Source of the DNA: an uncultured Trueperaceae bacterium
Lineage (GTDB): Bacteria > Deinococcota > Deinococci > Deinococcales > Trueperaceae
DNA: 64,000 nucleotides
NCBI GenBank assembly: GCA_963799485.1
Contig: CAWCXJ010000008.1
Span: 1 to 64,000, forward strand
Reading direction: 5' to 3'
Made by a program: the position numbers and the translations under genes. The stretch's first letter is position 1, and each line of letters begins with the position of its first letter. Positions 30,641 through 40,489 of this stretch are shown in pieces. Below the pieces are notes generated by a model, which saw nothing but the letters and a program-made list of their open reading frames with translations, did not search any database and was not told the DNA's origin.

Positions 30641-31929
30641 AACAGGTCGATTTAAGCGTCGAACTCGAGCCGCTTCACTGGTACTTAGACGGTTTGCTTT
30701 TGCGTGGTTACCTCAACCTTATCGCTTCACTGCCAGGGCACGGTAAGACGGCGATGCTCACCGGCTTGGCGTGGCAAGCGAGCCGACCGAACGGCGGTGA
30801 GTTCTTAGGCGAGCGCGTCAGCCCCGGCGTCACCATCTTCGTAGACTATGACGCCCCCGGTGACGGGCGCAGCGTGCGCTTCTGGCTCGACAAACACCAG
30901 GCCGCTTACCCGGATGGCGATATGAGCCGCATCATCGTGCTCGAGCCCGACCCTGACACCTACGGGATGCAAGAAGGCGAGATTAAGCAGCTCGGCGAGA
31001 CGATAAAGCGCACGGGGGCGAGCCTCGTGATCGTTGATAGTTTCATGGCGGCGTTTCCAAAAGCCGACCCGGCTAAGCTCACCGCTGTACAGGGGCCGCT
31101 CTGGTATTTGCGCCGCCTTGCTACCGAGACCAATTCAGCTGTGGTGCTTATCGACCACTTGCCTAAGCCCATGACCGGAGAGGTAGCGGGCGCTCGTGGG
31201 GTGATGGGCTCGATTGCCAAACCCGCCCAGAGCCGCACCGTGCATCTTTTGACCCGCGTCCCGGCGAAAGAGGTAGGGGGGCGCAACGTCCTACGTTGGG
31301 ACGTTCACAAGATGAGCTTTGCGGCTCTGCCCGAACCCTTCGGGGTAGAGCTGCACTTCACAACTGACGCGGTGCGGATAGAAGAAACCGAACTGCCCGA
31401 GTCTTACGGTGAGACCAAAACTGAGCGCGCAGTGCGTGCCATGCAAAGCGCACTCGAGGCCAAACGCGGCCTGGTAGTCGACCGTAAAGAGCTTATCGAC
31501 GCCGCCATAACCGAGGGGAACGTCCGGGAACGGGCTGCAAAAAACGCCCTAAAAGAACTGCTTGAGCGCCTGGGCGATACGGTAGCAGCCGTAAAACTAC
31601 CCGGTAAAGGGAGCCCGGTAGGGTTTCGGCTTAAGTCTGAAGAGGACGAAGGTACAAAACCCACTGCCCGAGTGCCCCAAATAGCAGAAACACCGTCTAG
31701 CACAGAGAAAGATTTAGGGCACACCCTTTTGCCCCAAATGAACGGAGTGCCCCAAATGAACGGCTTACCGCTCGAGGTGCTCGAGCTGCATCAGCGTCTA
31801 AAATCAGGCGGTTTTGCCGACCGGCCCGACTTACAAAACGAACTTAAAAACCTCTTCAGCACGAAGCGTGCCGACGCTATTCAAAAAGCACGGTTGCTCG
31901 AGCTGGCGCGAGAGGTAAGGGTCAACTGA
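30631..31929 (+). CDS. RepA/AAA_25-type replicative helicase
   Basis: Walker A PGHGKT, Walker B VIVDS, LIDHLPK. Confidence 0.85.
   Translation: MPLKQVDLSVELEPLHWYLDGLLLRGYLNLIASLPGHGKTAMLTGLAWQASRPNGGEFLGERVSPGVTIFVDYDAPGDGRSVRFWLDKHQAAYPDGDMSRIIVLEPDPDTYGMQEGEIKQLGETIKRTGASLVIVDSFMAAFPKADPAKLTAVQGPLWYLRRLATETNSAVVLIDHLPKPMTGEVAGARGVMGSIAKPAQSRTVHLLTRVPAKEVGGRNVLRWDVHKMSFAALPEPFGVELHFTTDAVRIEETELPESYGETKTERAVRAMQSALEAKRGLVVDRKELIDAAITEGNVRERAAKNALKELLERLGDTVAAVKLPGKGSPVGFRLKSEEDEGTKPTARVPQIAETPSSTEKDLGHTLLPQMNGVPQMNGLPLEVLELHQRLKSGGFADRPDLQNELKNLFSTKRADAIQKARLLELAREVRVN
31656..31758. repeat. Iteron array B (GCCCYAAAT x4)
   Basis: Blocks of 46/47 and 26/27 bp match the reverse complement of array A. 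Confidence 0.8.
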
Positions 31930-32123
31930 TGCCGCGCCCTAAAAAACCTAGACAGCCCCGCTTGCTCCCCAAGCTCGAGCCGATTCGACCCGGCGACGCG
32001 CTTACCCTTGACGACCTCACCACGCGCTACCGCTGTAGGTGTGGCAACACTGCCGAGACGGGTATCAGGCTCGAGGCTGTGACCTGTACGAAGTGCGGCA
32101 CAGCCATGCCGACCGTTTCGTGA
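31929..32123 (+). CDS. Small zinc-ribbon protein
   Basis: CRCG...CTKCG; coupled to the helicase stop. Confidence 0.55.
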   Translation: MPRPKKPRQPRLLPKLEPIRPGDALTLDDLTTRYRCRCGNTAETGIRLEAVTCTKCGTAMPTVS

Positions 32124-32241
32124 GGTGTTCCAGGTGTTCCGGGGTGTTCCATGAAAGGGGTACCCCCCTTCCCCTTTTGGTGACGGCCTTTTTGGATGGC
32201 CATGCACAACATCGGAACACTAAAAAAAGGAGCGTTCGACC

Positions 32242-32604
32242 TTGAATAAAACTTTAGTGCTCCCCACAGCCCTGCTGTTGAAAAACGGACGCGACAAGCT
32301 GCACTGGCGGGAACGAAACGACCTCAAAAAGAGCTACAAGGAAATCTTGATGCTCAAATACAAGGCCCAGACACCGCCCCAGGTGAGGCAAAAAGCTGTC
32401 GTCACCCGGATCAAGGGGCCGCGTGAACGGGACTTCGACCTGCAAAATATCGGCGCGGGGTCAGCCGTAGAGCTGCTCAACGCGATGACCGCCGTCGGTT
32501 ACTGGCTCAACGATTCTCCGAAGTGGCTCGAGACAGAGTTCAGACAAGCGTTTCACCCCACGCTTAAAGGGCCTGCTGTGCTCGTTGAGATTACGGCCGG
32601 ATGA
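32242..32604 (+). CDS. RusA-like protein (putative)
   Basis: RDFDLQN..LLNAM..WLNDSPKW..VLVEI; AGGAG RBS. Confidence 0.5.
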   Translation: MNKTLVLPTALLLKNGRDKLHWRERNDLKKSYKEILMLKYKAQTPPQVRQKAVVTRIKGPRERDFDLQNIGAGSAVELLNAMTAVGYWLNDSPKWLETEFRQAFHPTLKGPAVLVEITAG

Positions 32605-32825
32605 TCCCGCGACGTTTACGCCGTGCCCACGTCGCCGCGGCGCTCGACATCACCCCTAATCAGGCGACGCACCTGCTTTCTTGTGGCAAGCTCGAGACCG
32701 TCCAGTACGAACCGGGCAGCTGGCGCGAGACGACGCCCGAAGCACTGATGCTCTACGCCGCCCGGATGGGTCTCAGCATCGATTGGGAGGCCGTGCTCGA
32801 GCAAGAGGCAGAGCTGAAGAGCTAG
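32601..32825 (+). CDS. Small HTH protein
   Basis: HVAAALDITPNQA. Confidence 0.55.
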   Translation: MIPRRLRRAHVAAALDITPNQATHLLSCGKLETVQYEPGSWRETTPEALMLYAARMGLSIDWEAVLEQEAELKS

Positions 32826-33457
32826 GCGGCCAATAGCTCTGCCTCTTCTAACGCCGTCTCGATAATCTTCAGCGCGGAGTCCGGTAGACGTTTCGCCCTT
32901 TGGTTCTCGACCCGCTCGAGGTAGTTGTCTTGTGACTTTGCCGACAATCGCACGACGTCGGCGTACTCGAGCAACCGTTCACACGCCGCCGCGCCCTCTT
33001 CAGGGCAGAGCGGGAGGCCGGTCGCCCTATCTATGCCCGAGTTGCGGGTGAGGCGCGGTTTAGGGTGCTCGGCGTCGGCTCGTTTGAAAAAAAACGCTTT
33101 CCGGGCTGAACCCATTAAGAGCCTGATCCAGCCTTCATAGAGGGCTTCTCTCTCCATATCGGGTGCAAAGAACCCCTGGTAAGCATCCCAGGGGAGCAAA
33201 AGCGCGTACATCTCAAAAATGCCGAGCCGCTCTTCAGGCAGTGTGAGACACGAAAGATATTTGTTCAAAGTCTCGCTCGTCGGCTCAGGTCGATGGACGC
33301 GGCCGCCGCCCAAAGCACGCATAGAACTGCCCGCGTTAAAGGGCCGGGTGTGACGTTTCCAGCGGTGGTTTTTAAGTTCAGCTAAAAGGTGATTTGCAAG
33401 ATACCGGCGTTCACAGGTGTTGAGGCTCGAGACAGCTACACGACGACCAGAGAGCAT
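32822..33457 (-). CDS. Hypothetical protein
   Basis: 211-aa ORF filling the gap. Confidence 0.55.
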   Translation of the reverse strand: MLSGRRVAVSSLNTCERRYLANHLLAELKNHRWKRHTRPFNAGSSMRALGGGRVHRPEPTSETLNKYLSCLTLPEERLGIFEMYALLLPWDAYQGFFAPDMEREALYEGWIRLLMGSARKAFFFKRADAEHPKPRLTRNSGIDRATGLPLCPEEGAAACERLLEYADVVRLSAKSQDNYLERVENQRAKRLPDSALKIIETALEEAELLAA

Positions 33458-33605
33458 GGGCCCGTCCTTACCTACGCCTCCCCCGAGGCTGAGTCTACGG
33501 CGTGTTGTGAAGTCCCCTTAAGGGGCATCCTCAGTTTAACTTTTTGCGTTCTTTGCGTTCCTGTCGCTTTTGGACACCGCACGCCGTAGCCCGGATGATG
33601 GGGTT

Positions 33606-34307
33606 ATGGACATCACCACTGCACTTGTAGCCGGAAAACTCACCCAGTCTTCTCTCAACAGCTTGACCGCATCCTTAGACGCGGTGCCGGAGGGGGCAAA
33701 AAGGGGCGCTGAACGCATCCGGGGCAGCATCACCGCCTATCACGACCGGGTGCGAGCTTTTGAGGAAGACCGCCGCACTACCCAGGCCGACCCGATGAAA
33801 AGCGAGCTTGCCAAAAAAGAAGCGGTACAGGGGCTGACCGCAACCTTTAAGCAGGATGCGGACAGCGCCATCGGAACCGTAAGGCAACGTGTAGACGAAA
33901 CGCTGAAGGGCTACCGCGCCAAAGCGCCGCCGCCGCCCCTGAGCCCGGACGCGGTGCTGAATGAGGCGAGACTCGGTAACGCACGAACCGACGCGGCGAT
34001 GCTCTTGGGGAGCGTGCCGAGAGAAAGCCTTGCCCGCCGGATGAATGAGCTTGCCGAGAACACAGAAGACAGCGCCCTAAAGCATCTGCTCTTGGCTACC
34101 GACTGGCCGAGTAGTTACCTCGAGTCCAGGGGTATCAGGGAAGCTGTCCCGGCCTGGAACGGGTTTCGTAACCGGCTGCTGGCTGAAGTCCTAAGCGACG
34201 AGGGTAAGGCCGCGCTGGAAGCTTTGCAACAGCTCGAGGCCGTGACGCAGATACCGAGGATGCTTGCAAGCTCTCACAGTTTTTACCTGCGAGACAGAGG
34301 GCTCTAG
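33606..34307 (+). CDS. Hypothetical helical/coiled-coil protein
   Basis: 233-aa ORF with heptad character. Confidence 0.65.
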   Translation: MDITTALVAGKLTQSSLNSLTASLDAVPEGAKRGAERIRGSITAYHDRVRAFEEDRRTTQADPMKSELAKKEAVQGLTATFKQDADSAIGTVRQRVDETLKGYRAKAPPPPLSPDAVLNEARLGNARTDAAMLLGSVPRESLARRMNELAENTEDSALKHLLLATDWPSSYLESRGIREAVPAWNGFRNRLLAEVLSDEGKAALEALQQLEAVTQIPRMLASSHSFYLRDRGL

Positions 34308-34335
34308 GTGCTGTCAACAGAGCCGGGGGGGTCTC

Positions 34336-34722
34336 GTGCCCGGTGATACCAGGCCGCACCTTGCCAGGGCTGCTAAGAAGCGTGCCCGACGCCCTAAACC
34401 CGGCACGGTCAAGCAACTCTCGGCGGTGCTGTGGCGAGCGGTGACGCACTTAGAGACGCATTTAGACGACGCTATGACTGACGAAGTGGTGAGTACCGAC
34501 AAGCTCTGCAAGCTCACTCACGCGCTGAGTCAGTCAGCGAGCACCTATCTGAAGGCGCTCGAGGTTGGGGAACTGGAGGCAAGGCTCGAGGCGATAGAAA
34601 AGGCCCAGGCTGAAGCGCCCCGCCCGCCGGATGGGGGTAGGCCGCTTCCTGGCGGGCGCTGGGCAGACCCGCCGAAACCGCCGCCGACCCTGCCGACCGC
34701 CGACACGAAGCCGTCTAACTGA
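34336..34722 (+). CDS. Hypothetical protein, possibly small-terminase-like
   Basis: Basic N-terminus and YLKALEVGELEARLEAIE coiled coil. Confidence 0.55.
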   Translation: MPGDTRPHLARAAKKRARRPKPGTVKQLSAVLWRAVTHLETHLDDAMTDEVVSTDKLCKLTHALSQSASTYLKALEVGELEARLEAIEKAQAEAPRPPDGGRPLPGGRWADPPKPPPTLPTADTKPSN

Positions 34723-35150
34723 TGGGTTTCAAGGGCCGCTTAGACAAGCTCGAGCCTGTAACCTGCGAGCGTTGGCTAAGGAGTTGGGAAGCGTTCTTCA
34801 AGGTGCTTTTCGACCGGCACTTACCGGAGGCCGTGCAGGAGCGTTTTACCGCCGTCGCCGACCGCGCCGCCCGTGATGAGCCCTACGGCGACGAACTCGA
34901 CGCCGCCGTGCAGCGGCTCGACTACGGGCTCGAGGCGTGGTTTGAACGCTGGGACGTGCCCGACCTGGAAGCGGGCCGGGACTACCACAACACCCCGGAC
35001 ACCATCCCGACGCCGCCAAGCGAGCCCGAAGGTAAACACCAAGAGCTGACGGCGCTGCTTACCGATGAAGGGACACCAGGCGACGCCGCGGCGCTGCTCT
35101 TATACATGCTGGCGAGCGCTCGAGCGGTGAGGGACTACCGCCGCCTTTAG
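34722..35150 (+). CDS. Hypothetical protein
   Basis: Coupled start MGFKGRLDKLE. Confidence 0.6.
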   Translation: MGFKGRLDKLEPVTCERWLRSWEAFFKVLFDRHLPEAVQERFTAVADRAARDEPYGDELDAAVQRLDYGLEAWFERWDVPDLEAGRDYHNTPDTIPTPPSEPEGKHQELTALLTDEGTPGDAAALLLYMLASARAVRDYRRL

Positions 35151-35181
35151 TACGGTCTCTGACCGGGCGCGGCCCGCCCTA

Positions 35182-35899
35182 GGTTCTGTTGACATTTCAC
35201 CGCAGCCAGATGAGAGCCGAAGCGAAGTGTAAGAAGCCAAGGTAGTTGCGAGCAAGCTTATCGAAGCGAGAGAAGCAACGCCTATAGTATTTGAGCTTGC
35301 CGATAAGCACTCGGTGAGGTGCCGCTCTTTGTACAGCTCTTGGTCATACTCAGGTTGCTCTTTGCGGTTTTGCTTGGGTGGGATAACCGCTTCTGCACTC
35401 AGCGCGGTGATGGTGTCGCGGCTATGCTGGGCGTCATAGGCTTTGTCGCCCAGCACAAACTCGGCTTCATAACCTTCGAGTAACGCTTTAGCATAAGGTG
35501 CTTCATGGACTTGACCCGCAGTTAAAAGCAGCCGTAGCGGATTGCCTAGCGCATCGACGGTGACGTGGACTCTGGCACCAAACCCGCCCCGGCTATAGCC
35601 GAGTGCTTGCGCCTTTTGCCCCCCCTTTTACGTGTCGCACCCGCCGAACACGCATGAGCCCGAATCACGCTACTGTCCAGCATCACATTTTCTATATCAG
35701 GATCGTCAGCAAAGTGCTCAAACATCTCCTGCCATATCCCTCGTTCGCTCCACCTGTCAAAGCGCTTGTAGACGCTGTTCCAGTGACCGTACCGCTTAGG
35801 CAAAAGTCGCCACTGAGACCCCGAACGCACTATCCACAACACCCCTTCGATAAACCTTCGGCACCGCTTCTCCTGGCCTATGTACACCTCTGGGCGCTC
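35182..35899 (-). mobile_element. IS5-family (IS427-like) remnant, 5' truncated
   Basis: [26 protein letters not shown]4-G7 slippery site near 35619-35629, LGYSRGG, GDKAYD; extra frameshift near 35305; end CTAG-GTTCTGTTGACA. Confidence 0.88.
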
Positions 35900-37981
35900 A
35901 TCCCGACGGCGACACCCAACGAGGTACTAACGCACCTGGTGAGCCGCTGGGCCGAAGAAATACCGGGGCTAAGCTTGGCAACCCCAACGCCGCCGATTGA
36001 ACTGCGCGGGGCAGAAGGGCCGGTCATCCCTTACGTGCTGTTTTTGTCGGTGCAGCAGACCGTAGGGCAGAGCTTAAGCATCCTGGAGTGGCTGAACAGA
36101 TTTTTCGACATCTTTGAAGGCTACAGCTACCGATTGAGCGGCGACGTGCTCACCGTCATCCCGCCCATGTACATGCAAACTGAGAGTATCGACCTGACCC
36201 CAGCTGCAACGGGCACGCCGGGAACGCTCGTGCTGAGTGAAAACATCACGACCTCAGAAGACGGCGTCATCAACTCGCAGAGTGTCTCGCACCGCCCGAA
36301 AATCTTAAACGGTGAGTTCCTTAAAAATCCCGACGACGGCACCCCGGCAGACTTCGTTCCCGCTACGGAGGGGCAAGAGGCGCGCTATGCTAATCTGCCG
36401 GAAATCGGCGAGCCCGCGTTTTACCGACAAGGGGACACCGGGGTCGTGCTTAAACCTGCCGACCGGCGCTTTGTTCGTAACGGCGTGCCGACACCATATC
36501 AATACAGCGAGGACAAATACCCCGAACTCACGACCGTGCGGGTCAGCTTCACCTGTTATGTTTTTCAGTCGTTCACGGTTGATGCCGAGAACAGTGCGGT
36601 AGACCTCGTAGGCGATGCGCTTTTTGGCGAAGAAGATTTAGGGTCTAAACTCTCCGGCAAAAAAGCTATTGACGTGTCAAAACATCTTGTGCAACAAACG
36701 CACGTCGTCGATCTGGGCGTCGGCCCCAACGCCCGCCCCTTCGACGCGGTGTTTCGTTGGGTCAACGGCACGCAGTCGGCGGCGTGGGTATGGCGGCTGA
36801 AAGCGACGCCCAAAGGGGTCAAGGCGACGCTGATCGAGCCTGCGGGCAGTCCAATCCTGGTACGAGCGTATTACCCCGTGCCGTGGGTTCTGTATCTGAT
36901 CCCGGTGGTAGGATTCGCACTCGGATTTTTAGCCCCACCTATACCGGCCACAATGGGCGCGGAGTTTCACCTAAATGTTCAGGGTCAAGCCTGGGAACCG
37001 AGTGATGTGACCTACTCGGCAACATATGGTGTCTACACGCCGCCGACCCTGCCGCCCGGACTCAAGACGCCGCCCTTTGACAACCTGAGCGACGCCGCGA
37101 CGGACGCCACTGAAGCGATTTATGGACGCAAACCGGGGGCGGATAAGGTGATCGACATCTGGAGCCTCGTCAGCAGCCCGACCACGACCACGGCTGAACT
37201 GAGTGAGGCGCAAAAAGACGCGAACGAAACGCTTTTACGCGAACAGATCAGCCACACGCTTTTGAACATTGCTCAGCATACGGTAAAAGAGCGGCTGCTA
37301 CCTTACGAAATCGTGACGCTCACCTTTATGCAGCCCTTCCCGGTCACAGCGCGCGACATCGGGCGCATGGCGACCTACAAGGGTAAGACGGGCATTATCC
37401 GCTCATATTCGTATTCTGAAAACCACACTGCAGCGGGTTCAGACATCACCCTGACGATCACCTTGCGCGTGCCGCAAACTGCCGAGCGTCAGCCGATCAT
37501 CTTTATCCCGCCGACCCCGGAACCCGAACCCGAGCCCTTTATCCCGCCGGGGTATCCACCTTCAGGCGACTTTGCGCCGCCCTCGAAACCGACAGAACTG
37601 CCGCCGACGTCGCCGATCACCGCAGGCCCCGGCATGGTGCAACTCGACTTCGGGCGGCGTTTTGACCTCTTGCGGATTAAAGCCGCCGGTGAGCGGCGCG
37701 TCCGGCTTTACCGCACCGATGCGGCCCGGACAGCCGACGTCTCACGGCCCCTGACGGAGACGAATGAGCAGGGCTTTACAGTCAACACCAGGCCCGCCGA
37801 AGAGGTGTTTGAACAGCTCATCTTAGAAGCGCGCTTGCCTTATGGAGAGAATGACAGCCTTGATTTGCACGCAGTACTTGGACACACACCTGAAGGCGTC
37901 GTCTACGCCAACATCGAGGGCGGACCGGTGACATTCTTTAGATTCATTCCTAGAGGGATACTCGACACAGACCCGGTGTAG
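35900..37981 (+). pseudogene. 5'-truncated phage tail/virion-like protein
   Basis: About 690 open codons; C-terminal RVRLYRTDAARTADVSR resembles phage tail-fibre C-terminal domains; first ~99 codons of the tracked ORF are IS antisense. Confidence 0.55.
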
Positions 37982-38104
37982 CGGTCGCTCTGCCCACACC
38001 CGTAACAACAGATATTAGTGCGGCTCATAGCCCCAAGCTAAACCATGCCGTGTTGAGTCATGGGGTTATGACCGGCTGATAAGAGACTTTAGCGGACACA
38101 AGAG

Positions 38105-38133
38105 AAAAGCCCCGGTTTCAGGCCGGGGCTCTT
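38105..38133. terminator. Terminator hairpin
   Basis: aaaagccccgg-tttcagg-ccggggctctt. Confidence 0.7.
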
Positions 38134-38147
38134 GTGTTCGGACTATC

Positions 38148-38420
38148 TCACCACTGCTCGTATCGCACATCTACGCTCAGGTCAAGGTCGGCACAAGACG
38201 CCTGAAGCTGCTCGAGCTGCTCACGGCCTACACCGGTAAAAGCCATATTCGCCTCGAGGTCTAAATGGTCATCTGGGAAGCCGTGGCGTTCGCACAGTTC
38301 CCGGATCAGCTTCCACATAGCGATGAACTCGGGCACGCCGTCGGCGGCGAAGTTAAAGCGCACGACCGGGCGTGTTCTGGGGCCGGTGGGGGCGCTCCCT
38401 TCGGGGTACTTCGTGCTCAC
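38148..38420 (-). CDS. Hypothetical protein
   Basis: GTGA overlap with the upstream ORF; GGAGG RBS. Confidence 0.55.
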   Translation of the reverse strand: MSTKYPEGSAPTGPRTRPVVRFNFAADGVPEFIAMWKLIRELCERHGFPDDHLDLEANMAFTGVGREQLEQLQASCADLDLSVDVRYEQW

Positions 38421-38704
38421 GCTGCTACCTCCAGGGCAACTTCAGCCGCCGCCGGGACGAGGCAGTGAACCTCATCCCAGACGCCGTAAGCAACTCTCTC
38501 GGTACGGGTCTCATAAGCTTGCACCTCGTCAGGGTAATGGACCTCTTCACGCTTCAGCGTGGCGATTCGTACAAGCCGGGTTACTTTGTCGGCACCTTCG
38601 ACCACGGCGTAACAAAAGGGGAGGGTGCTCGAGACGGCGACGACCAAACCGAGACCTTTCACGGTGGCACCTAAGAGCTTGGTTTGTCTGGGTGTATTCT
38701 GCAT
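38417..38704 (-). CDS. Hypothetical protein
   Basis: GGAG RBS; divergent from the HTH gene. Confidence 0.55.
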   Translation of the reverse strand: MQNTPRQTKLLGATVKGLGLVVAVSSTLPFCYAVVEGADKVTRLVRIATLKREEVHYPDEVQAYETRTERVAYGVWDEVHCLVPAAAEVALEVAA

Positions 38705-38760
38705 TCGGAACTCCGTTTCTATCTAAGGGCTCACTTTGGACGGTTGCCCTTAGATGCCCT

Positions 38761-38804
38761 AGTATATAGCATAATTGCTTTATAAAGCAACTATGCTATA
38801 TACT
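38761..38804. promoter_or_regulatory. 44-bp near-perfect palindrome, putative operator
   Basis: agtatatagcataattgctttataaagcaactatgctatatact, one mismatched pair. Confidence 0.7.
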
Positions 38805-38840
38805 GTGTTCAGGCGCTATAGCGCGTGAGGAGGCTATAAG

Positions 38841-39086
38841 ATGGACGGGATGCCGATTAAGTGGAAACTGAAAGAGGTACTCGAGCAAAACGGAGTGACG
38901 GCCTATCAGCTCATCCAAGACACGGGACTGGCGGGCTCGACGATCTACCGCATTACCGGCGGTAAAACGGAGGCGATCCAAGGCAAGGTGCTTGACCGTA
39001 TCTTGACTTCGCTGCATACCCGGACGGGTAAAACGTTCGGGGTGGGTGATTTGCTCGAGTGGCAACCTGAAGCGGCGGGCCGCTAA
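38841..39086 (+). CDS. Cro/C1 (XRE) HTH regulator
   Basis: WKLKEVLEQNGVTAYQL..TGLAGSTIYRI..VGDLLEW. Confidence 0.85.
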   Translation: MDGMPIKWKLKEVLEQNGVTAYQLIQDTGLAGSTIYRITGGKTEAIQGKVLDRILTSLHTRTGKTFGVGDLLEWQPEAAGR

Positions 39087-40216
39087 TGGCGGGGCAGATT
39101 GAGAAGCGCGGTGAGCAGAAGTACATGTTGCGCGTCTTTCTTGGGCGCGACCCCGACACCGGCAAACGGCGCTACTTAAACCGGACGGTACACGGCACCA
39201 AAAAGCACGCTGAGCAGACCCTTACCGCACTTCTCCGGGCCAAAGACACCGGCACGCTGGTTCAGCCGGTGAAGCTGAGCTTAAACACCCATCTCGACCG
39301 CTGGCTCGAGACCGCCGTCAAGCCGCGGGTGAGCGAGCGCACTCACCGGGATTACACCTGGAAAGCGGGGCGCTACCTCCGGCCCCAGCTTGGCGAGCGG
39401 CTCTTAAGCAGCATCAAACCCTATGACATTCAGGCGCTTTATGCTGGGATGCTCGAGCGGAATCTGAGCCCTAAAACCGTCCGGCACGCCCAAACGATTC
39501 TGCATAACGCTTTTGAACAGGCGATCCGCTGGGGGCTCTTGGCGACGAACCCGGCTCAGCACATCGACCTGCCCAAACCAAAACACAGGGAGATGCAGGC
39601 CATGACCGAACAGGCGGCGGGGCAGTTTTTAGCGGCCGCTAAAAGCGACCCTTTGCACGCGCTTTTCGAGCTGCTTTTAGGAACCGGCTTACGGCCTTCA
39701 GAAGCTATCGGGCTCAAGTGGAGCGACCTCGACCCGCTGAGCAGCACCCTAAGTGTGCAGCGGACGGTAGTCCGGCCCAAAGGGGGCGGCTGGTGCTTTG
39801 GCCCTACCAAAACCAAACGGGGGCGGCGCACCTTGGCTCTGCCCGCCGGACTCGTGACGACCCTTTTAGCACACCGGGCGGCGTCGCCGCCGAACGAGCA
39901 CGAGCTGATGTTTACGACTGTGTTGGGAGAGGCCCTCGAGCTGAGCAACCTCAGAAGCCGGAACTTTGCCGCAGTTCAGAAGCGGGCCGGACTCAGCGGC
40001 TTTAACCTCTACAGCCTCCGGCACACACACGCGACGCTGCTTTTACTGGCAGGGGTGCATCCCAAAGTCGTCAGCGAGCGCCTGGGGCACGCGACGATTG
40101 TGATCACCCTGAACACTTACAGCCACGTTTTGCCCAACATGCAGCAAGAGGCCGCGGCGAAGCTCGAGGCGCTGCTTTACAGCCCTGTAAAGAACACCGT
40201 TTTAGGGGTGAATTGA
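39086..40216 (+). CDS. Tyrosine integrase
   Basis: TGLRPSEA, YSLRHT, SERLGHA, NTYSH; adjacent to att. Confidence 0.95.
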   Translation: MAGQIEKRGEQKYMLRVFLGRDPDTGKRRYLNRTVHGTKKHAEQTLTALLRAKDTGTLVQPVKLSLNTHLDRWLETAVKPRVSERTHRDYTWKAGRYLRPQLGERLLSSIKPYDIQALYAGMLERNLSPKTVRHAQTILHNAFEQAIRWGLLATNPAQHIDLPKPKHREMQAMTEQAAGQFLAAAKSDPLHALFELLLGTGLRPSEAIGLKWSDLDPLSSTLSVQRTVVRPKGGGWCFGPTKTKRGRRTLALPAGLVTTLLAHRAASPPNEHELMFTTVLGEALELSNLRSRNFAAVQKRAGLSGFNLYSLRHTHATLLLLAGVHPKVVSERLGHATIVITLNTYSHVLPNMQQEAAAKLEALLYSPVKNTVLGVN

Positions 40217-40231
40217 CCCTTATGGAGACGC

Positions 40232-40252
40232 TGGCACACTATAGGCACACTA
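40232..40252 (+). promoter_or_regulatory. Putative integrase arm sites
   Basis: Identical to 27987-28007. Confidence 0.75.
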
Positions 40253-40323
40253 AACGAAAAACCGCGCTCAGCTTTTGGGCTTTACGCGGTCTCGTTTATA
40301 CCGTCTGTGACGGGTTTTATTTT

Positions 40324-40400
<77 letters not shown>

Positions 40401-40414
40401 TCGCAGCAAAAATA

Positions 40415-40444
40415 AGCTTAACGCTCCGGCGGGGCCCCTGTCAA
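40415..40444 (-). promoter_or_regulatory. Sigma70 promoter of the tRNA
   Basis: TTGACA-N18-TAAGCT. Confidence 0.7.
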
Positions 40445-40489
40445 GCGCAAGTCGGACACACACTAAAGCAGCCTGCTAGACTTCTGGTT

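Noticed and set aside
34312..34324. tgtcaacagagcc as the second IS5 end
   Set aside because: It resembles the inverted repeat but lies on the wrong side, faces away from the transposase and has no IS sequence behind it
35603..35899. N-terminus of the 792-aa ORF as real protein
   Set aside because: It is the antisense strand of the IS5 transposase
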